Assembly (NCBI GenBank): GCA_012841065.1
Contig: DUVI01000053.1
Coordinates: 43,811-107,810 of the forward strand
Reading direction: 5' to 3'
Length of the DNA: 64,000 nt
Origin: Bacillota bacterium
Lineage (GTDB): Bacteria; Bacillota; Sulfobacillia; Fermentithermobacillales; Fermentithermobacillaceae
The notes beneath the pieces were generated by a model, which worked only from the letters and a program-made list of their open reading frames with translations, made no database searches and was not told the origin of the DNA. This document shows positions 1 through 9,994 of the stretch, piece after piece; positions within the stretch are counted from its first letter, which is position 1, and the number at the start of each line of letters is the position of its first letter. The position numbers were made by a program, and so were the translations under genes.

Positions 1-989
1 CTGCCGATGATGATTTCGCCCTGTTCTTCAAGCCGGCGAATGATAGACACGATACGTTGCTGGGCCTCCTCTACATCCCGCAACCTCACAGGCCCAAGGT
101 AGTCTATGCTTTCCTTCAAAGTCTCCACAGCGCGGGACGACATGTTCCTGAAGAACTTGTTGGCCACATCGTCTGATGCGTTCTTGAGCGCAAGGGGAAG
201 GTCCCTGCTCAAGTCCACATCGCGCAACAACCGCTGCATCGACCTGTCATCGAGGTAGATAATGTCTTCGAACAAGAACATTCGCCGTTTTATTTCTTCA
301 GCCAGTTCCGGAGCTTCCATCTCTAAAGCTCCCAGGATGGTCCTTTCAGTCTGCCGGTCGACGTTGTTGAGGATGTCCACTATAGTGGCGACCCCGCCGG
401 CTTGGGTGTAGTCCTGGCCTGCCAGAGAAAGCACTCTGCGTTCCAGGATGCGTTCGATTTGTTTGACTACATCAGGGCTCGTGCGCTCCATCAGAGAAAT
501 CCGCCTTGCCACTTCCACTTGAAGGTCCGGTTCCAAAGATGCCAGGATTGAAGCAGCCTGTGATGCCGTCAAATAACTCAGTACCAGCGCTATTGTTTGA
601 GGAGATTCGCTTTCAAGAAAATTCAGTATCTGGGCTCCGTCGGATTTTCTCACGGTATCAAAAGGCTTAACCTGTAAAGATGAAGTAAGTCTTCTCAGCA
701 CAGTTTGAGCTTGTTCCGGGCCGAGAGCCTTTTCCAAAAGTTTCTTGGCGTATTCGATGCCGCCTTCTTCCAGATACTCCTGGGCAACGCACATCTCGTT
801 AAACTCTTCAAGTACCTTGTCCTTAACGTCCTGATCAATCTTACGCCTGGAAGCAATTTCTAAAGTGAGTACATCGATATCTTCTTCCCGCAGATGCCTC
901 ATAACTTGAGCTGAAAGGTCGGGCCCAAGGGTAATCAGTAATATCGCGGCCTTTTCCCTGCCTGACAAGTCTCCGATGTAACTGCTCAT
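1..989 (-). CDS. fliG: Flagellar motor switch protein FliG (C-terminally truncated by window edge)
   Basis: Minus-strand ORF running off the window start. ATG at 989 overlaps the fliF stop (TAATG). Translation (MSSYIGDLSGRGKAAILLITLGPDLSAQV...EIIIG) has the typical FliG N-terminus and sits directly downstream of fliF. Confidence 0.85.
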   Translation of the reverse strand, partial: MSSYIGDLSGREKAAILLITLGPDLSAQVMRHLREEDIDVLTLEIASRRKIDQDVKDKVLEEFNEMCVAQEYLEEGGIEYAKKLLEKALGPEQAQTVLRRLTSSLQVKPFDTVRKSDGAQILNFLESESPQTIALVLSYLTASQAASILASLEPDLQVEVARRISLMERTSPDVVKQIERILERRVLSLAGQDYTQAGGVATIVDILNNVDRQTERTILGALEMEAPELAEEIKRRMFLFEDIIYLDDRSMQRLLRDVDLSRDLPLALKNASDDVANKFFRNMSSRAVETLKESIDYLGPVRLRDVEEAQQRIVSIIRRLEEQGEIIIG

Positions 990-2521
990 TATCTCTCATC
1001 CTCCAAGAGCCACGACTTAATCAAGGTAGCAACCAGTTGCGGATTTGTGCGAGCCAGTCTCTCGACGTTGTCCCTGGACCTCTGTCTCGCCATCAGTTCA
1101 GGAGAAACAGCAGGAGCGCTTTCCAAAGCGAGCGAGGGTTCCTCTTCCAACACTGCGGCTATCCCTGCCTCGCGCTTGCGTCTTGCGATAATCAAGATTA
1201 TCGTGCCCAGCACAAGTGCTGCCGCGACTGCAATTGCGTATATGTAGACGCGCGGAAAACCTTCAGCAGGAGCAGGTGATTCATCAAACATCTGAGCCAG
1301 GCTGGTATCGAACACCATCCCGGTAACGGAAATCTGGTCTTGTCTTAAAGGATCCAACCCTAACGCTGCCGTAACCGTCTCGGCGATTGTGTCCCTTTCT
1401 GCTTCATTGAGGTTCTTGTTCACCACAACTGCTACTGAAAGCTGTTCAATCGCCCCGGGCACTATTAGGGTCTCTGTAATCCTCTCGTTGACCTCATAAT
1501 TCCGGAGCACCTCTGTACGCTGGTACTGGGATTCACCTTGTCCGGAGAATGAGTAAGAAGGCACATCGAGAGCTCCTGCTTGCCCGCCAGGAGGACTACC
1601 GGTACCCTGGTACGACTCGCTCGTTTCCTGTGAGCTCCGGAGCACTCCCGGAGGCTCTGATTCATACGTGGTATCGGTGATCCTGATCTGGTCAGCATTC
1701 AGCTTTGCGCGAACCTGGCACACTACGTTTCCCGGGCCCAACACAGGAGTAAGCAGACTAAGCAGCCTGTTTTCCAATTCCCTCTCTGCAGCAAATGTTA
1801 ACTCAAGCAGAGAATTCATGGATATGTCCTCCATACCCTGGCCATACGATACATCTTTTGACAGAAGTTTGCCTGAAGCATCTACCACGGTGACATTTTC
1901 CGGGGTAAGGCCCTCCACCGCCCGCGACACAAGGTTCATTATCCCCCGTACAGAATCTGACGTCAGGTTCTTGCCCGGCGCGGTCTTTACCAGAACTGAC
2001 GCAGTAGGTTGCTGCCTCTGGGACACGAAAACCGTATCCTCCGGCAAGGCAATATGGACCCTGGCATCTTCTATCCCTGACAAGGCTTTAATGGTTCTGG
2101 TGAGCTCCCCTGACAAGGCTCTTATGTACTGGACTCTCCGCTCAAAATCAGTCGACCATATTCCCGTTGAACCCACCGCCTCAAACCCTACAATCCCTGA
2201 CGACGGAAGCCCCATGGTTGCCAGCGACAACCTCACCCTGTGAACCCTGTCTGCGGGCACTCTTATGGTCTGCCCGCCGTCGGTGAGTTCATAGGGCACG
2301 CCTTGCTTCTCAAGTTCGCTGACTATGGCACCTGCATCTGTCGGTTCCAAGTTTGACCACAGGATTTCATAAGCAGGACCTCTTGTTGAATACATCACAA
2401 CAAGCACTATGAAGGCCAGGGCAAGCACACCGCCTGCCAAGACTGCCCATTGCTGCGTCTTGTTTAAGCCGGACCAGGTCTGCTTTATACCATTAGCAAA
2501 AGACGTAACAAACTCTGGCAT
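989..2521 (-). CDS. fliF: Flagellar M-ring protein FliF
   Basis: 510 aa with an N-terminal TM segment, a large periplasmic region and a C-terminal TM segment. Family-typical sequence, and it sits in the flgB-flgC-fliE-fliF-fliG order. Confidence 0.9.
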   Translation of the reverse strand: MPEFVTSFANGIKQTWSGLNKTQQWAVLAGGVLALAFIVLVVMYSTRGPAYEILWSNLEPTDAGAIVSELEKQGVPYELTDGGQTIRVPADRVHRVRLSLATMGLPSSGIVGFEAVGSTGIWSTDFERRVQYIRALSGELTRTIKALSGIEDARVHIALPEDTVFVSQRQQPTASVLVKTAPGKNLTSDSVRGIMNLVSRAVEGLTPENVTVVDASGKLLSKDVSYGQGMEDISMNSLLELTFAAERELENRLLSLLTPVLGPGNVVCQVRAKLNADQIRITDTTYESEPPGVLRSSQETSESYQGTGSPPGGQAGALDVPSYSFSGQGESQYQRTEVLRNYEVNERITETLIVPGAIEQLSVAVVVNKNLNEAERDTIAETVTAALGLDPLRQDQISVTGMVFDTSLAQMFDESPAPAEGFPRVYIYAIAVAAALVLGTIILIIARRKREAGIAAVLEEEPSLALESAPAVSPELMARQRSRDNVERLARTNPQLVATLIKSWLLEDER

Positions 2522-2551
2522 TAGAAATCACACCCACCTTTGCGACACAGC

Positions 2552-2845
2552 CTACAAGGGCATTCTCATAATTTCCTGGTAAGCTTCGATGGCTTTGTTT
2601 CTCACGGATATTACAAGGTCCAAAGCGAGGCTGGCTTTCTCAGCAGCGAGCACCGCGGTATGCATATCACGGGCATTCCCCGTTACCAGGTCAACTTGAG
2701 AAGCCACAAGTTCCTTGTCGAGATTCTCAATCATGTTGAAGGTGTGCCTAAATACATCATTGAAGGAAACGCCTGAGTTTGAACTGGTATTGCGGTCATG
2801 TACAGACGGTCCGGTGACCGGAACAGAAATAGGCCTGATTATCAT
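2552..2845 (-). CDS. fliE: Flagellar hook-basal body complex protein FliE
   Basis: 97 aa, positioned between flgC and fliF. The C-terminal half (LAAEKASLALDLVISVRNKAIEAYQEIMRM) matches the FliE family. Confidence 0.85.
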   Translation of the reverse strand: MIIRPISVPVTGPSVHDRNTSSNSGVSFNDVFRHTFNMIENLDKELVASQVDLVTGNARDMHTAVLAAEKASLALDLVISVRNKAIEAYQEIMRMPL

Positions 2846-2918
2846 TTTGCTACCCCCCGATTAGCGAAAACCTTTGTTGTGAAACACCTGTTCCGCGATG
2901 GCCCATGGCACCACTCTT

Positions 2919-3377
2919 CTATGATCTGAACATGTCCAGCGCCTTCTGTATCATAGCTTTGGCAGCTTCCATGGCTGTAACATTGGCCTCATAAGACCTG
3001 GTTGCTGCCATCATGTCAACCATTTCAGTAACCACGTTTACGTTGGGATAAGTGACGTACCCGTCACTGTCGGCATCAGGGTGTCCCGGAGAATACACCC
3101 TGCGAAGAGGAGATGAATCCTCAATTACACCGGTTACCTTGACGCCTAAAGGATATGAGGGCATTTCTGCAGACGGCATTTGTGAAAGCAGTATGTTCCT
3201 GAAGGGAAAGCGGTCTTCCGTTCTTGGCGAAAATACAGATACCTTCCGCCGGTACGGCTGGCCGCTTTCTGTCCTGGTGCTCTCAGCGTTGGCCAGGTTG
3301 GATGCTATGACATCAAGCCTCAACCTCTGCGCTGTAAGCCCAGATGCGCTTGTTTCCATGGCAGAGAAGACTTTCAC
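2919..3377 (-). CDS. flgC: Flagellar basal-body rod protein FlgC
   Basis: 152 aa, N-terminal rod motif (SGLTAQRLRLDVIASNLANAESTRT), conserved operon position. Confidence 0.9.
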   Translation of the reverse strand: MKVFSAMETSASGLTAQRLRLDVIASNLANAESTRTESGQPYRRKVSVFSPRTEDRFPFRNILLSQMPSAEMPSYPLGVKVTGVIEDSSPLRRVYSPGHPDADSDGYVTYPNVNVVTEMVDMMAATRSYEANVTAMEAAKAMIQKALDMFRS

Positions 3378-3380
3378 CTA

Positions 3381-3794
3381 TTACCTCCTCCCTTCAGTGA
3401 TAGCTCTTCTCAAGAGCGAAAACTCTGCGGTCAATTGGCGGGATACTGCAGTGTAGTAGTAAGCGTTGGCAGATATTTCTGCCATCTCTTTGTCGATATC
3501 TACGCTGTTTCCATCCGGGGTAACGCTGGTCGTGTCAAGAGTAACGGCAATGGTGTCACCATGCCTCCCACGAACATGCATCGGATTTGTGACAGTAAGC
3601 TGTATGCGCGGCCTAAGCGCATCGTACAAATAATCCTCAAAATTGACTCTTGCCGCTTTGTAGCCCGGTGTGTCACTGTTGGCTATGTTGTTAGCCATAA
3701 CCTCATGCCTCAGCCATGCGCCCGTAAGCGCTCTCTGCATGATACTGGTTATGCTCACATCAACCCCCCCTAAGAAGCCAAAAACCTTCCGCAA
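3381..3794 (-). CDS. flgB: Flagellar basal-body rod protein FlgB (likely true start GTG at 3758)
   Basis: Rod-protein N-terminal motif (NNIANSDTPGYKA). The longest ORF begins with TTG at 3794 inside a terminator hairpin and has no RBS. An in-frame GTG at 3758 is preceded by GGGGGGG (3764-3770), which is a better start. Confidence 0.85.
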   Translation of the reverse strand: MRKVFGFLGGVDVSITSIMQRALTGAWLRHEVMANNIANSDTPGYKAARVNFEDYLYDALRPRIQLTVTNPMHVRGRHGDTIAVTLDTTSVTPDGNSVDIDKEMAEISANAYYYTAVSRQLTAEFSLLRRAITEGRR

Positions 3795-3806
3795 GACCGG
3801 AAGGTT
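3776..3806 (-). terminator. Intrinsic terminator (expression platform of the c-di-GMP riboswitch) in the flgB 5' leader
   Basis: Minus strand reads AACCTTCCG-GTCTTG-CGGAAGGTT followed by TTTTT, a perfect 9-bp stem. It lies immediately upstream of the flgB RBS. Confidence 0.7.
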
Positions 3807-3829
3807 TGAGAATCAGTAGCAATAACCTA

Positions 3830-3935
3830 CCGCCCTTCGGTAGCCCGGCTATCGTAGCGGGAAGGACTGTCTTCTCGCCTTAGACCCGTGGCTTTGCGTC
3901 TCTGCCTTTAGGCAGATTTGCCTTTATCGGTTTGC
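3830..3935 (-). ncRNA. Cyclic-di-GMP-I (GEMM) riboswitch aptamer upstream of flgB
   Basis: Minus strand reads CCGATAAAGGCAAATCTGCC-TAAA-GGCAGAGACGCAAAGCCACGGGTCTAAGGCGAGAAGACAGTCCTTCCCGCTACGATAGCCGGGCTACCGAAGG. The GGCAAA...GACGCAAAGCC-CGGG-CU and GAUAGCC-GGG-CUACC blocks match the conserved GEMM-I core. An alternative hairpin (CTACCG-AAGGG-CGGTAG) shares the CUACC strand with the aptamer. Confidence 0.75.
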
Positions 3936-4026
3936 GGTAACCAACATTTTCCTTATTCGGTTGTCTAGGTTTCAGTTTCGACACAAGAGGACAAATTCCT
4001 TCTTCTTGTATCGAAAAACCTCGAAA

Positions 4027-4803
4027 CTATCTTAGTTTTTTCAGTTCTTCCAGAAGTTTGGGGTTCAAAACCTTGATATATGTGCCTTTCATGCCCAGAG
4101 ATCTTGATTCAATGACCCCTGCAGACTCAAACTTGCGCAAAGCATTAACTATGACGGAGCGGGTGATGCCAACTCGGTCTGCCACCTTGGAAGCTACAAG
4201 GCAACCCTCCGTACCACCAAGTTCCTCGAATATATGTTTCATGGCGTTAAGCTCAGAAAACGACAAAGTTCCCAGGGCAACTTGAACTGCTGCACGCTGC
4301 CGGCTTTCTTCTTCGACACTCTCCTGCTTGTATCTGATCATCTCCATGGCAGCTATAGTAGCAGCATGCTCAGCGAGTATAAGATCGGCCGTTTCGAGAG
4401 GCCTTGATGTCCGGGCTAACACAAGGGTTCCCAGCCTGTTCCCACCGCCGACTACCGGCACTATTGTGGTGCACTTTCCCTTATACGGGCACTCGTGTCC
4501 CTCAAGGAACACACATTTGTCGGTGTCATGCTGGACATTTGCAGCAGTATCCCTGTACGTGTACAGTCTTTCTGCGTAAGAATCCGGAAATTCACTCTCT
4601 CTGAGCACTTCATTTTTCAGTACTTGGCAATCAAAATCATCTACAAGTGAATAGCCTAGGATACGGCCAAGTTTGTCCAAGATGTAGACATTACATTCCA
4701 GTGAATCCCGGAGCACCCTCGCGCTTGCCTGAAAGTCTACTTCTGTTGCAGCGATCCTTAGTAATTGGTTCATCTTGCGTGTCTTCTCAAGCAATGTCTG
4801 CAT
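4027..4803 (-). CDS. codY: GTP-sensing pleiotropic transcriptional repressor CodY
   Basis: 258 aa with an N-terminal GAF-like domain and a C-terminal wHTH (ADRVGITRSVIVNALRKFESAGVIESRSLGMKGTYIKVLN). Conserved position after hslU. Confidence 0.95.
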   Translation of the reverse strand: MQTLLEKTRKMNQLLRIAATEVDFQASARVLRDSLECNVYILDKLGRILGYSLVDDFDCQVLKNEVLRESEFPDSYAERLYTYRDTAANVQHDTDKCVFLEGHECPYKGKCTTIVPVVGGGNRLGTLVLARTSRPLETADLILAEHAATIAAMEMIRYKQESVEEESRQRAAVQVALGTLSFSELNAMKHIFEELGGTEGCLVASKVADRVGITRSVIVNALRKFESAGVIESRSLGMKGTYIKVLNPKLLEELKKLR

Positions 4804-4827
4804 TTCTCTCTCCCTTTCCCATATCGC

Positions 4828-6231
4828 CTACAAGATATACCTGGTCAAATCTGTGTCGCTTACCAGGCCTGTTAATCTATCCAGCACGTACTTCCTGTCA
4901 ACTACTAATTCCCCTTGCATACCGTCAGGCGCCTCAAACAAGACTTGCTCGAGCAGTTTTTCCATAACCGTGTGAAGCCGTCTGGCGCCGATGTTCTCGC
5001 TCTTTTGATTCACTGTAAATGCCATCTTTGCTATTTCCATTATGCCGTCAGGCGTGAATTCAAGGTGAACTCCGTCTGTTTCCAGCAGGGCTTTATACTG
5101 ACGGGTGAGTGAGTTTTCAGGCTCAGTGAGGATCCTCACAAAATCTTCTTCTTCGAGGGCATCCAGCTCAACTCTGATGGGAAAACGGCCCTGCAACTCG
5201 GGAATCAGGTCTGATGGCTTGCTCACATGAAATGCGCCTGCGCCTATGAACAATATGTGGTCTGTTCTTACAGGACCGTACTTGGTTATCACGGTTGTTC
5301 CTTCGACTATTGGCAAGAGGTCTCTTTGGACGCCTTCCCGGGAAACGTCGGGGCCTGCACCGGTTTCCCTTCCGGCAATCTTGTCTAGTTCGTCAAGGAA
5401 CACGATTCCCAGCTTCTCACACCGTCTTATGGCTTCTACGACGATGGAATCCTGGTCAACGAGTTTGCCGGCTTCTTCCTGTGTGAGAATTCTCCGGGCT
5501 TCCCTTACCGGAACTCTCCGTTTTCTCGTCCGCTTGGGCAGAAGTCCCCCGAAAATATCTTGCATGTTGATTTCCATTTCCTGCATGCCCATACCGTCGA
5601 AGAACTCTACCCTGGGGGTAGTGGTATCTTCCACTTCAATTTCAATCTCCCGGTCCTCAAGCTCTCCGTTCCTAAGCTGCTGGCGGATAAGTTGTCTTCT
5701 GGCACGGGCCTGGCGGACCTTCTCACTGAAGTCGTCTTCTTCGTCGTGCTCCTGTTCTTGCTGCACAGGGTTGAACAATACTTCAAAAGGATTAGGTGTT
5801 GTTTTCCGCCTCTTCGGCACCGGGCAAAGTATGTCAACAAGCCGATCTTCCGCCAGGCTCTCAGCCCTGTCTTGAACGTTCCGGAGGTTTTCCTTCCTGA
5901 CCATACTCACAGCATTTTCGACAAGATCCCGTACTATCGACTCAACATCCCGGCCAACGTAGCCCACTTCGGTGAACTTTGAAGCTTCCACTTTCACAAA
6001 GGGGGCATTTACGAGTTTGGCCAATCTCCTGCAAATCTCCGTCTTTCCTACCCCAGTAGGGCCAATCATCAGGATATTCTTGGGAATAATGTCGTCCTGC
6101 AAATCACCTGTAACCTTCTGCCGTCTCAACCTGTTCCTGAGAGCTATGGCAACGGCACGCTTGGCCTGGTTCTGTCCCACTATATATTTATCCAGTTCAG
6201 CTACTATCTCCCGAGGAGTCAAGTCTCCCAT
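4828..6231 (-). CDS. hslU: ATP-dependent protease ATPase subunit HslU
   Basis: 467 aa with an AAA+ Walker A ([10 protein letters not shown]) and an I-domain insertion. Family signature throughout. Confidence 0.95.
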   Translation of the reverse strand: MGDLTPREIVAELDKYIVGQNQAKRAVAIALRNRLRRQKVTGDLQDDIIPKNILMIGPTGVGKTEICRRLAKLVNAPFVKVEASKFTEVGYVGRDVESIVRDLVENAVSMVRKENLRNVQDRAESLAEDRLVDILCPVPKRRKTTPNPFEVLFNPVQQEQEHDEEDDFSEKVRQARARRQLIRQQLRNGELEDREIEIEVEDTTTPRVEFFDGMGMQEMEINMQDIFGGLLPKRTRKRRVPVREARRILTQEEAGKLVDQDSIVVEAIRRCEKLGIVFLDELDKIAGRETGAGPDVSREGVQRDLLPIVEGTTVITKYGPVRTDHILFIGAGAFHVSKPSDLIPELQGRFPIRVELDALEEEDFVRILTEPENSLTRQYKALLETDGVHLEFTPDGIMEIAKMAFTVNQKSENIGARRLHTVMEKLLEQVLFEAPDGMQGELVVDRKYVLDRLTGLVSDTDLTRYIL

Positions 6232-6265
6232 AGCACACCATCCCCCATAAACCGGGCAATCAAAA

Positions 6266-6823
6266 TCATCCCAATTCTTCGACGATAATATTGTCGTTAG
6301 TATATATGCACAAAGATGCCGCTATCTTCAAAGATTCCCTGGCAATGGAAGCGGCATCCATTTCTGTGAATTTCATAAGCGCCCTGGCAGCTGCTGTAGC
6401 ATATGCCCCTCCTGAACCAATCGCCAGTACAGGCTCGTCAGGTTCAATTACTTCGCCGGTACCCGAAACCAACAGCAAATGGTTCTTGTCCATGCAAAGC
6501 AGCATTGCCTTTAGTTGTCTCAACACCCTGTCAGTGCGCCACTCTTTAGCAAGATTAACTGTAGATTTTAGCAGATCGCCTCTTGTTTCTTCAAGATGGC
6601 CTTCCAGCTTGTCAAACAGCGTAAGCGCATCTCCCACGGATCCTGCAAACCCCGCGATAACGGAATTCTTGTAGAGTTTTCTTACCTTCCTAGCTGTTGA
6701 TTTAAGGATGGTATGGTTTGTCTCAAGAGTGACCTGCCCATCCCCGGCCATTGCCGCTTTGCCACGTACCCTCACGGCAAGCACTGTGGTGCTCAGGATA
6801 CGAGGCTCATGTTCAACTGTCAT
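6266..6823 (-). CDS. hslV: ATP-dependent protease subunit HslV (CodW-type with short N-terminal extension)
   Basis: Ntn-hydrolase motif TTVLAVR...GDGQVT...GSGG. The longest ORF starts at 6853. An internal ATG at 6823, preceded by AAAGGGG, is preferred and overlaps the xerC stop by 11 nt. Confidence 0.9.
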   Translation of the reverse strand: MTVEHEPRILSTTVLAVRVRGKAAMAGDGQVTLETNHTILKSTARKVRKLYKNSVIAGFAGSVGDALTLFDKLEGHLEETRGDLLKSTVNLAKEWRTDRVLRQLKAMLLCMDKNHLLLVSGTGEVIEPDEPVLAIGSGGAYATAAARALMKFTEMDAASIARESLKIAASLCIYTNDNIIVEELG

Positions 6824-7832
6824 GTTTTCCGCCCCTTTCAAAATCGCTTCCATGTATGTCAGGCTGCCCTTCCGGTTGATTCACCTTGGCCCTCGGGTGG
6901 GCACTCTTGTACACTTGCCTCAATCGCTCAGGCATGACATGAGTGTATATCTGGGTGGTCTTGATGCTTGCATGCCCGAGCATCTCCTGAACCGAACGCA
7001 GGTCAGCACCGCCCGACAGCAGGTGGGTGGCAAAAGAATGCCTCAAGGTATGGGGCGAAAGCCCCTCAGGGTCAATTCCGGCACGCAAAATGTACTTGTG
7101 AAGTATCCTCCTAATGGATCTGTCAGACAGCCTTTTGCCAAATCGGTTGATGAAAAGAGGTTTGCTCATTACAGCCAATTCCTGGCTTTGTTTTTCGGTC
7201 TTGCTCTCAAGTAAAGGCCGCCCCTCATCCAGGTAACGTCCAATGGCATCCAAGGCCATTGAACCCAGGGGAACGAACCTTTCCTTGCCGCCCTTGCCTG
7301 TGACCTGCACAAACCCTAGGGAGTAGTCTACGTCGCCTATATTGAGTCCCGCCAATTCGCTAATACGCAGGCCTGAACTGTAAAGCAATTCTACAATCGC
7401 ACGATCACGCTTCCCCAGAGGAGTAGCGGTGTCGATTACCGACAGGATGCGGGCAATTTCGTCCTGAGAAAACACCTTGGGTAAGTAGGTGTGGGTCTTC
7501 CTGGAAGAAACGCGCTTGGCAGGATTCTCATCAATCACGCCCCTGCGCGTCAGAAAACGGCAGAAGCTTCTTACGGCAGACAGTTTCCGGGAAATCGTGG
7601 CGCCTTTGTAATCCTGCCTGCCCAAGTATATAGCGAATCTGCGTATACATTCCGGCGTGATATCTGCTGAAGTCAGATCTTCAACCCGCTTGCCACAGAC
7701 CTTTTCGGTGAGAAAACAAAAAAACTGGCCTAGGTCCTGTGAGTAAGCCTGAACGGTATTATGACTTTGGGTCTTCGATACACTTATTTCTACAAGAAAA
7801 TCTTCCTTCAGTTGAAGTAACGAATGAGTCAT
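6813..7832 (-). CDS. xerC: Tyrosine recombinase XerC (CodV-type)
   Basis: 339 aa with an N-terminal SAM-like domain and the catalytic R..HxxR..Y residues ([24 protein letters not shown]). It is the first gene of a codV-hslV-hslU-codY arrangement. Confidence 0.9.
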   Translation of the reverse strand: MTHSLLQLKEDFLVEISVSKTQSHNTVQAYSQDLGQFFCFLTEKVCGKRVEDLTSADITPECIRRFAIYLGRQDYKGATISRKLSAVRSFCRFLTRRGVIDENPAKRVSSRKTHTYLPKVFSQDEIARILSVIDTATPLGKRDRAIVELLYSSGLRISELAGLNIGDVDYSLGFVQVTGKGGKERFVPLGSMALDAIGRYLDEGRPLLESKTEKQSQELAVMSKPLFINRFGKRLSDRSIRRILHKYILRAGIDPEGLSPHTLRHSFATHLLSGGADLRSVQEMLGHASIKTTQIYTHVMPERLRQVYKSAHPRAKVNQPEGQPDIHGSDFERGGKHDS

Positions 7833-7915
7833 TTAACCGCCTTCCCAGGAATAATGATGCATAAGCCTATATTAACACTTCGGCGAGTGCTGCATCAACT
7901 ATTTTCAAAATATTC

Positions 7916-9994
7916 TTAGCTTTTCTCAGTGTACCTGCAGTCTGGGTTTCCGCAACGGTATCCTTTAGACCTGCCTCCTGCTTCCACGAGGAAACACCCG
8001 CACATTGGACATTCCTTACCTGGCACCGGCCGGCTCCATGACACAAAGTCGCATTCAGGGTAGTTGAGGCAACCAAAGAACACCCGTCCTTTTCGGGATC
8101 TGCGGACCACAATGTCGCCTTTGCACCTGGGGCATATCGCACCTGTTCTTTCCACAAATGGTTTTGTGTTCTTGCACTCAGGATACCCAGAACACGCAAT
8201 GAACTTACCATACCGGCTGCGCTTTATCACCATGGGCCTGCCGCACTTTTCACAATCCACCCCGGCAAGTTCATCCTGGAGCTTCACCCGCTCTATCTGT
8301 TTCTCAGCACTTTCCAACTGCTTGCTAAAGGGTTTCCAAAACTCCTCTATAACCTGTTCCCATTGGAACGAACCTTCTTCTATTGCGTCCAATTGTTTCT
8401 CCATATCGGCAGTGAAGCCCACATCGACTATAGACGGGAAGTGCTCCCTCAGGATTGAATCCACCAGGCGCCCAAGTTCAGTAGGGACAAGACGCCGTTT
8501 TTCCCTGACCACATACTCCCTCTCAGTTAATGTAGCGATAATCGGAGCGTAAGTGGAAGGCCTCCCGATACCGTTTTGCTCCAGCGCTTTGACCAGGGAA
8601 GCTTCTGTGTATCTTTTCGGAGGCTGAGTGAAATGCTGCAGGGGTTCTATTCGTCTAAGCTCCAGTCTTTCATTTACCGTAAGGGGTACGATTTCTTCAG
8701 CCGCTTCTTCTGAAGTATCTTCACCCTCTTCGTACAACCTGGTGAAACCGGGGAATGCAAGCCTTGACCCGGTAGCCCGGAAAACATGTTTGTTAGCTGC
8801 AATATCGCACGTCACCGTATCATAGATGGCAGAAGCCATTTGGCTTGCAACGAATCTGCTCCAAATGAGCTCATAAAGCTTGTATTGATCCTCAGTCAAA
8901 AAACGCTTGATCTCAGAGGGCAATCGCAATACTTCCGTGGGCCTTATAGCTTCATGGGCGTCCTGGGCACCAGGCGCCGACTTGCCCTTCCTGCCTCTGC
9001 CTATGTATTCCTTTCCGAAGGCGCCATCTATGTATTGCCTTGCCTCCTTGACTGCAACAGGAGAGACCCTTGTAGAGTCTGTCCGCATATAAGTTATGAG
9101 GCCTGCATAACCATGCTCGCCGAGTTCAACTCCTTCATAAAGGGTTTGGGCAACTCTCATGGTCTTCCTCACCGGAAACCCTAGTTTTCTGGATGCTTCC
9201 TGTTGTAGGGTGGAGGTTGTAAAAGGCAAAGGAGGGTTCTTGCGTCTTTCCTTAGGTTTCACTGAGACTACAATGAACTCTGCGTCGTCTATCTCCCGGA
9301 GAACGTTGTCAACGTCTGGCCTGTTCTTGAGTTCACGCTTCTTCCCGTCAAACCCGTAGTACTTGGCTTTCACCACACCTTTTTCGCCTTGCAACTGGGC
9401 TTCAATGGTCCAATACTCCTCGGGTTTGAAACACTCGATTTCAATCTCTCTGTCCACAATGAGCCTGAGCGCGGAAGACTGAACCCTGCCCGCTGACAGG
9501 CCAGGCTTTATCTTCTTCCACAGGAGCGGGCTGAGTGTATAACCCACAAGCCTGTCAAGGATGCGTCGTGCCTGCTGAGCGTCTACCAGACTCTGTTTTA
9601 TGGGCATGGGGTGCCTAAAGGCTTCCTTTACGGCGTTTTCGGTGATCTCGTGAAACGTCACCCTCTGAGCTTCTTGAGGGTTGATGCCAAGCACATGGCA
9701 CAAGTGCCATGATATAGCCTCGCCTTCCCTGTCAGGGTCAGTAGCCAGGTAAACGTGTGAAGCTTGCTTGGCAGCGTCTTTCAGTTCCGTGATTACCTTG
9801 CCCTTACCCCTGATAGTAATGTATTGCGGCTTAAACCCGTCTTCTATATCCACACCAAGCTTGCTCTTGGGAAGATCTCTTACATGCCCCATAGAAGCTT
9901 TCACATCATACTTGGATTTCATGAACCTCAGAATAGTCCTTGCTTTTGTCGGCGACTCAACAATGATGAGAGGGCGTCTCAACTGTTTGTTCAT
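7916..9994 (-). CDS. topA: DNA topoisomerase I
   Basis: 692 aa with a TOPRIM N-terminus (LIIVESPTKARTI), an active-site Tyr region, and C-terminal Zn-ribbon repeats (CEKCGRPMV, CPRCKGD, CPMCG). Confidence 0.95.
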   Translation of the reverse strand: MNKQLRRPLIIVESPTKARTILRFMKSKYDVKASMGHVRDLPKSKLGVDIEDGFKPQYITIRGKGKVITELKDAAKQASHVYLATDPDREGEAISWHLCHVLGINPQEAQRVTFHEITENAVKEAFRHPMPIKQSLVDAQQARRILDRLVGYTLSPLLWKKIKPGLSAGRVQSSALRLIVDREIEIECFKPEEYWTIEAQLQGEKGVVKAKYYGFDGKKRELKNRPDVDNVLREIDDAEFIVVSVKPKERRKNPPLPFTTSTLQQEASRKLGFPVRKTMRVAQTLYEGVELGEHGYAGLITYMRTDSTRVSPVAVKEARQYIDGAFGKEYIGRGRKGKSAPGAQDAHEAIRPTEVLRLPSEIKRFLTEDQYKLYELIWSRFVASQMASAIYDTVTCDIAANKHVFRATGSRLAFPGFTRLYEEGEDTSEEAAEEIVPLTVNERLELRRIEPLQHFTQPPKRYTEASLVKALEQNGIGRPSTYAPIIATLTEREYVVREKRRLVPTELGRLVDSILREHFPSIVDVGFTADMEKQLDAIEEGSFQWEQVIEEFWKPFSKQLESAEKQIERVKLQDELAGVDCEKCGRPMVIKRSRYGKFIACSGYPECKNTKPFVERTGAICPRCKGDIVVRRSRKGRVFFGCLNYPECDFVSWSRPVPGKECPMCGCFLVEAGGRSKGYRCGNPDCRYTEKS

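Noticed and set aside
3794-3794. TTG start of the longest flgB ORF
   Set aside because: It lies inside the terminator hairpin of the riboswitch and has no RBS. GTG at 3758 with a GGGGGGG RBS is the functional start.
5246-5875. Long plus-strand ORFs antisense to hslU (209 aa, Ser-rich) and similar antisense ORFs: 8064-8552, 11364-12071, 43319-43954, 45136-45801, 50027-50653, 54582-55238, 59144-59983
   Set aside because: All lie entirely inside well-supported genes on the opposite strand. They have low-complexity or biased composition typical of antisense frames in approx 53% GC DNA, and no RBS or family similarity.
6813-7832. Tyrosine recombinase as possible integrase of a mobile element
   Set aside because: It sits in the conserved codV-hslVU-codY housekeeping operon and has the XerC-type N-terminal domain. 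There are no flanking att-like repeats, phage genes or cargo genes.
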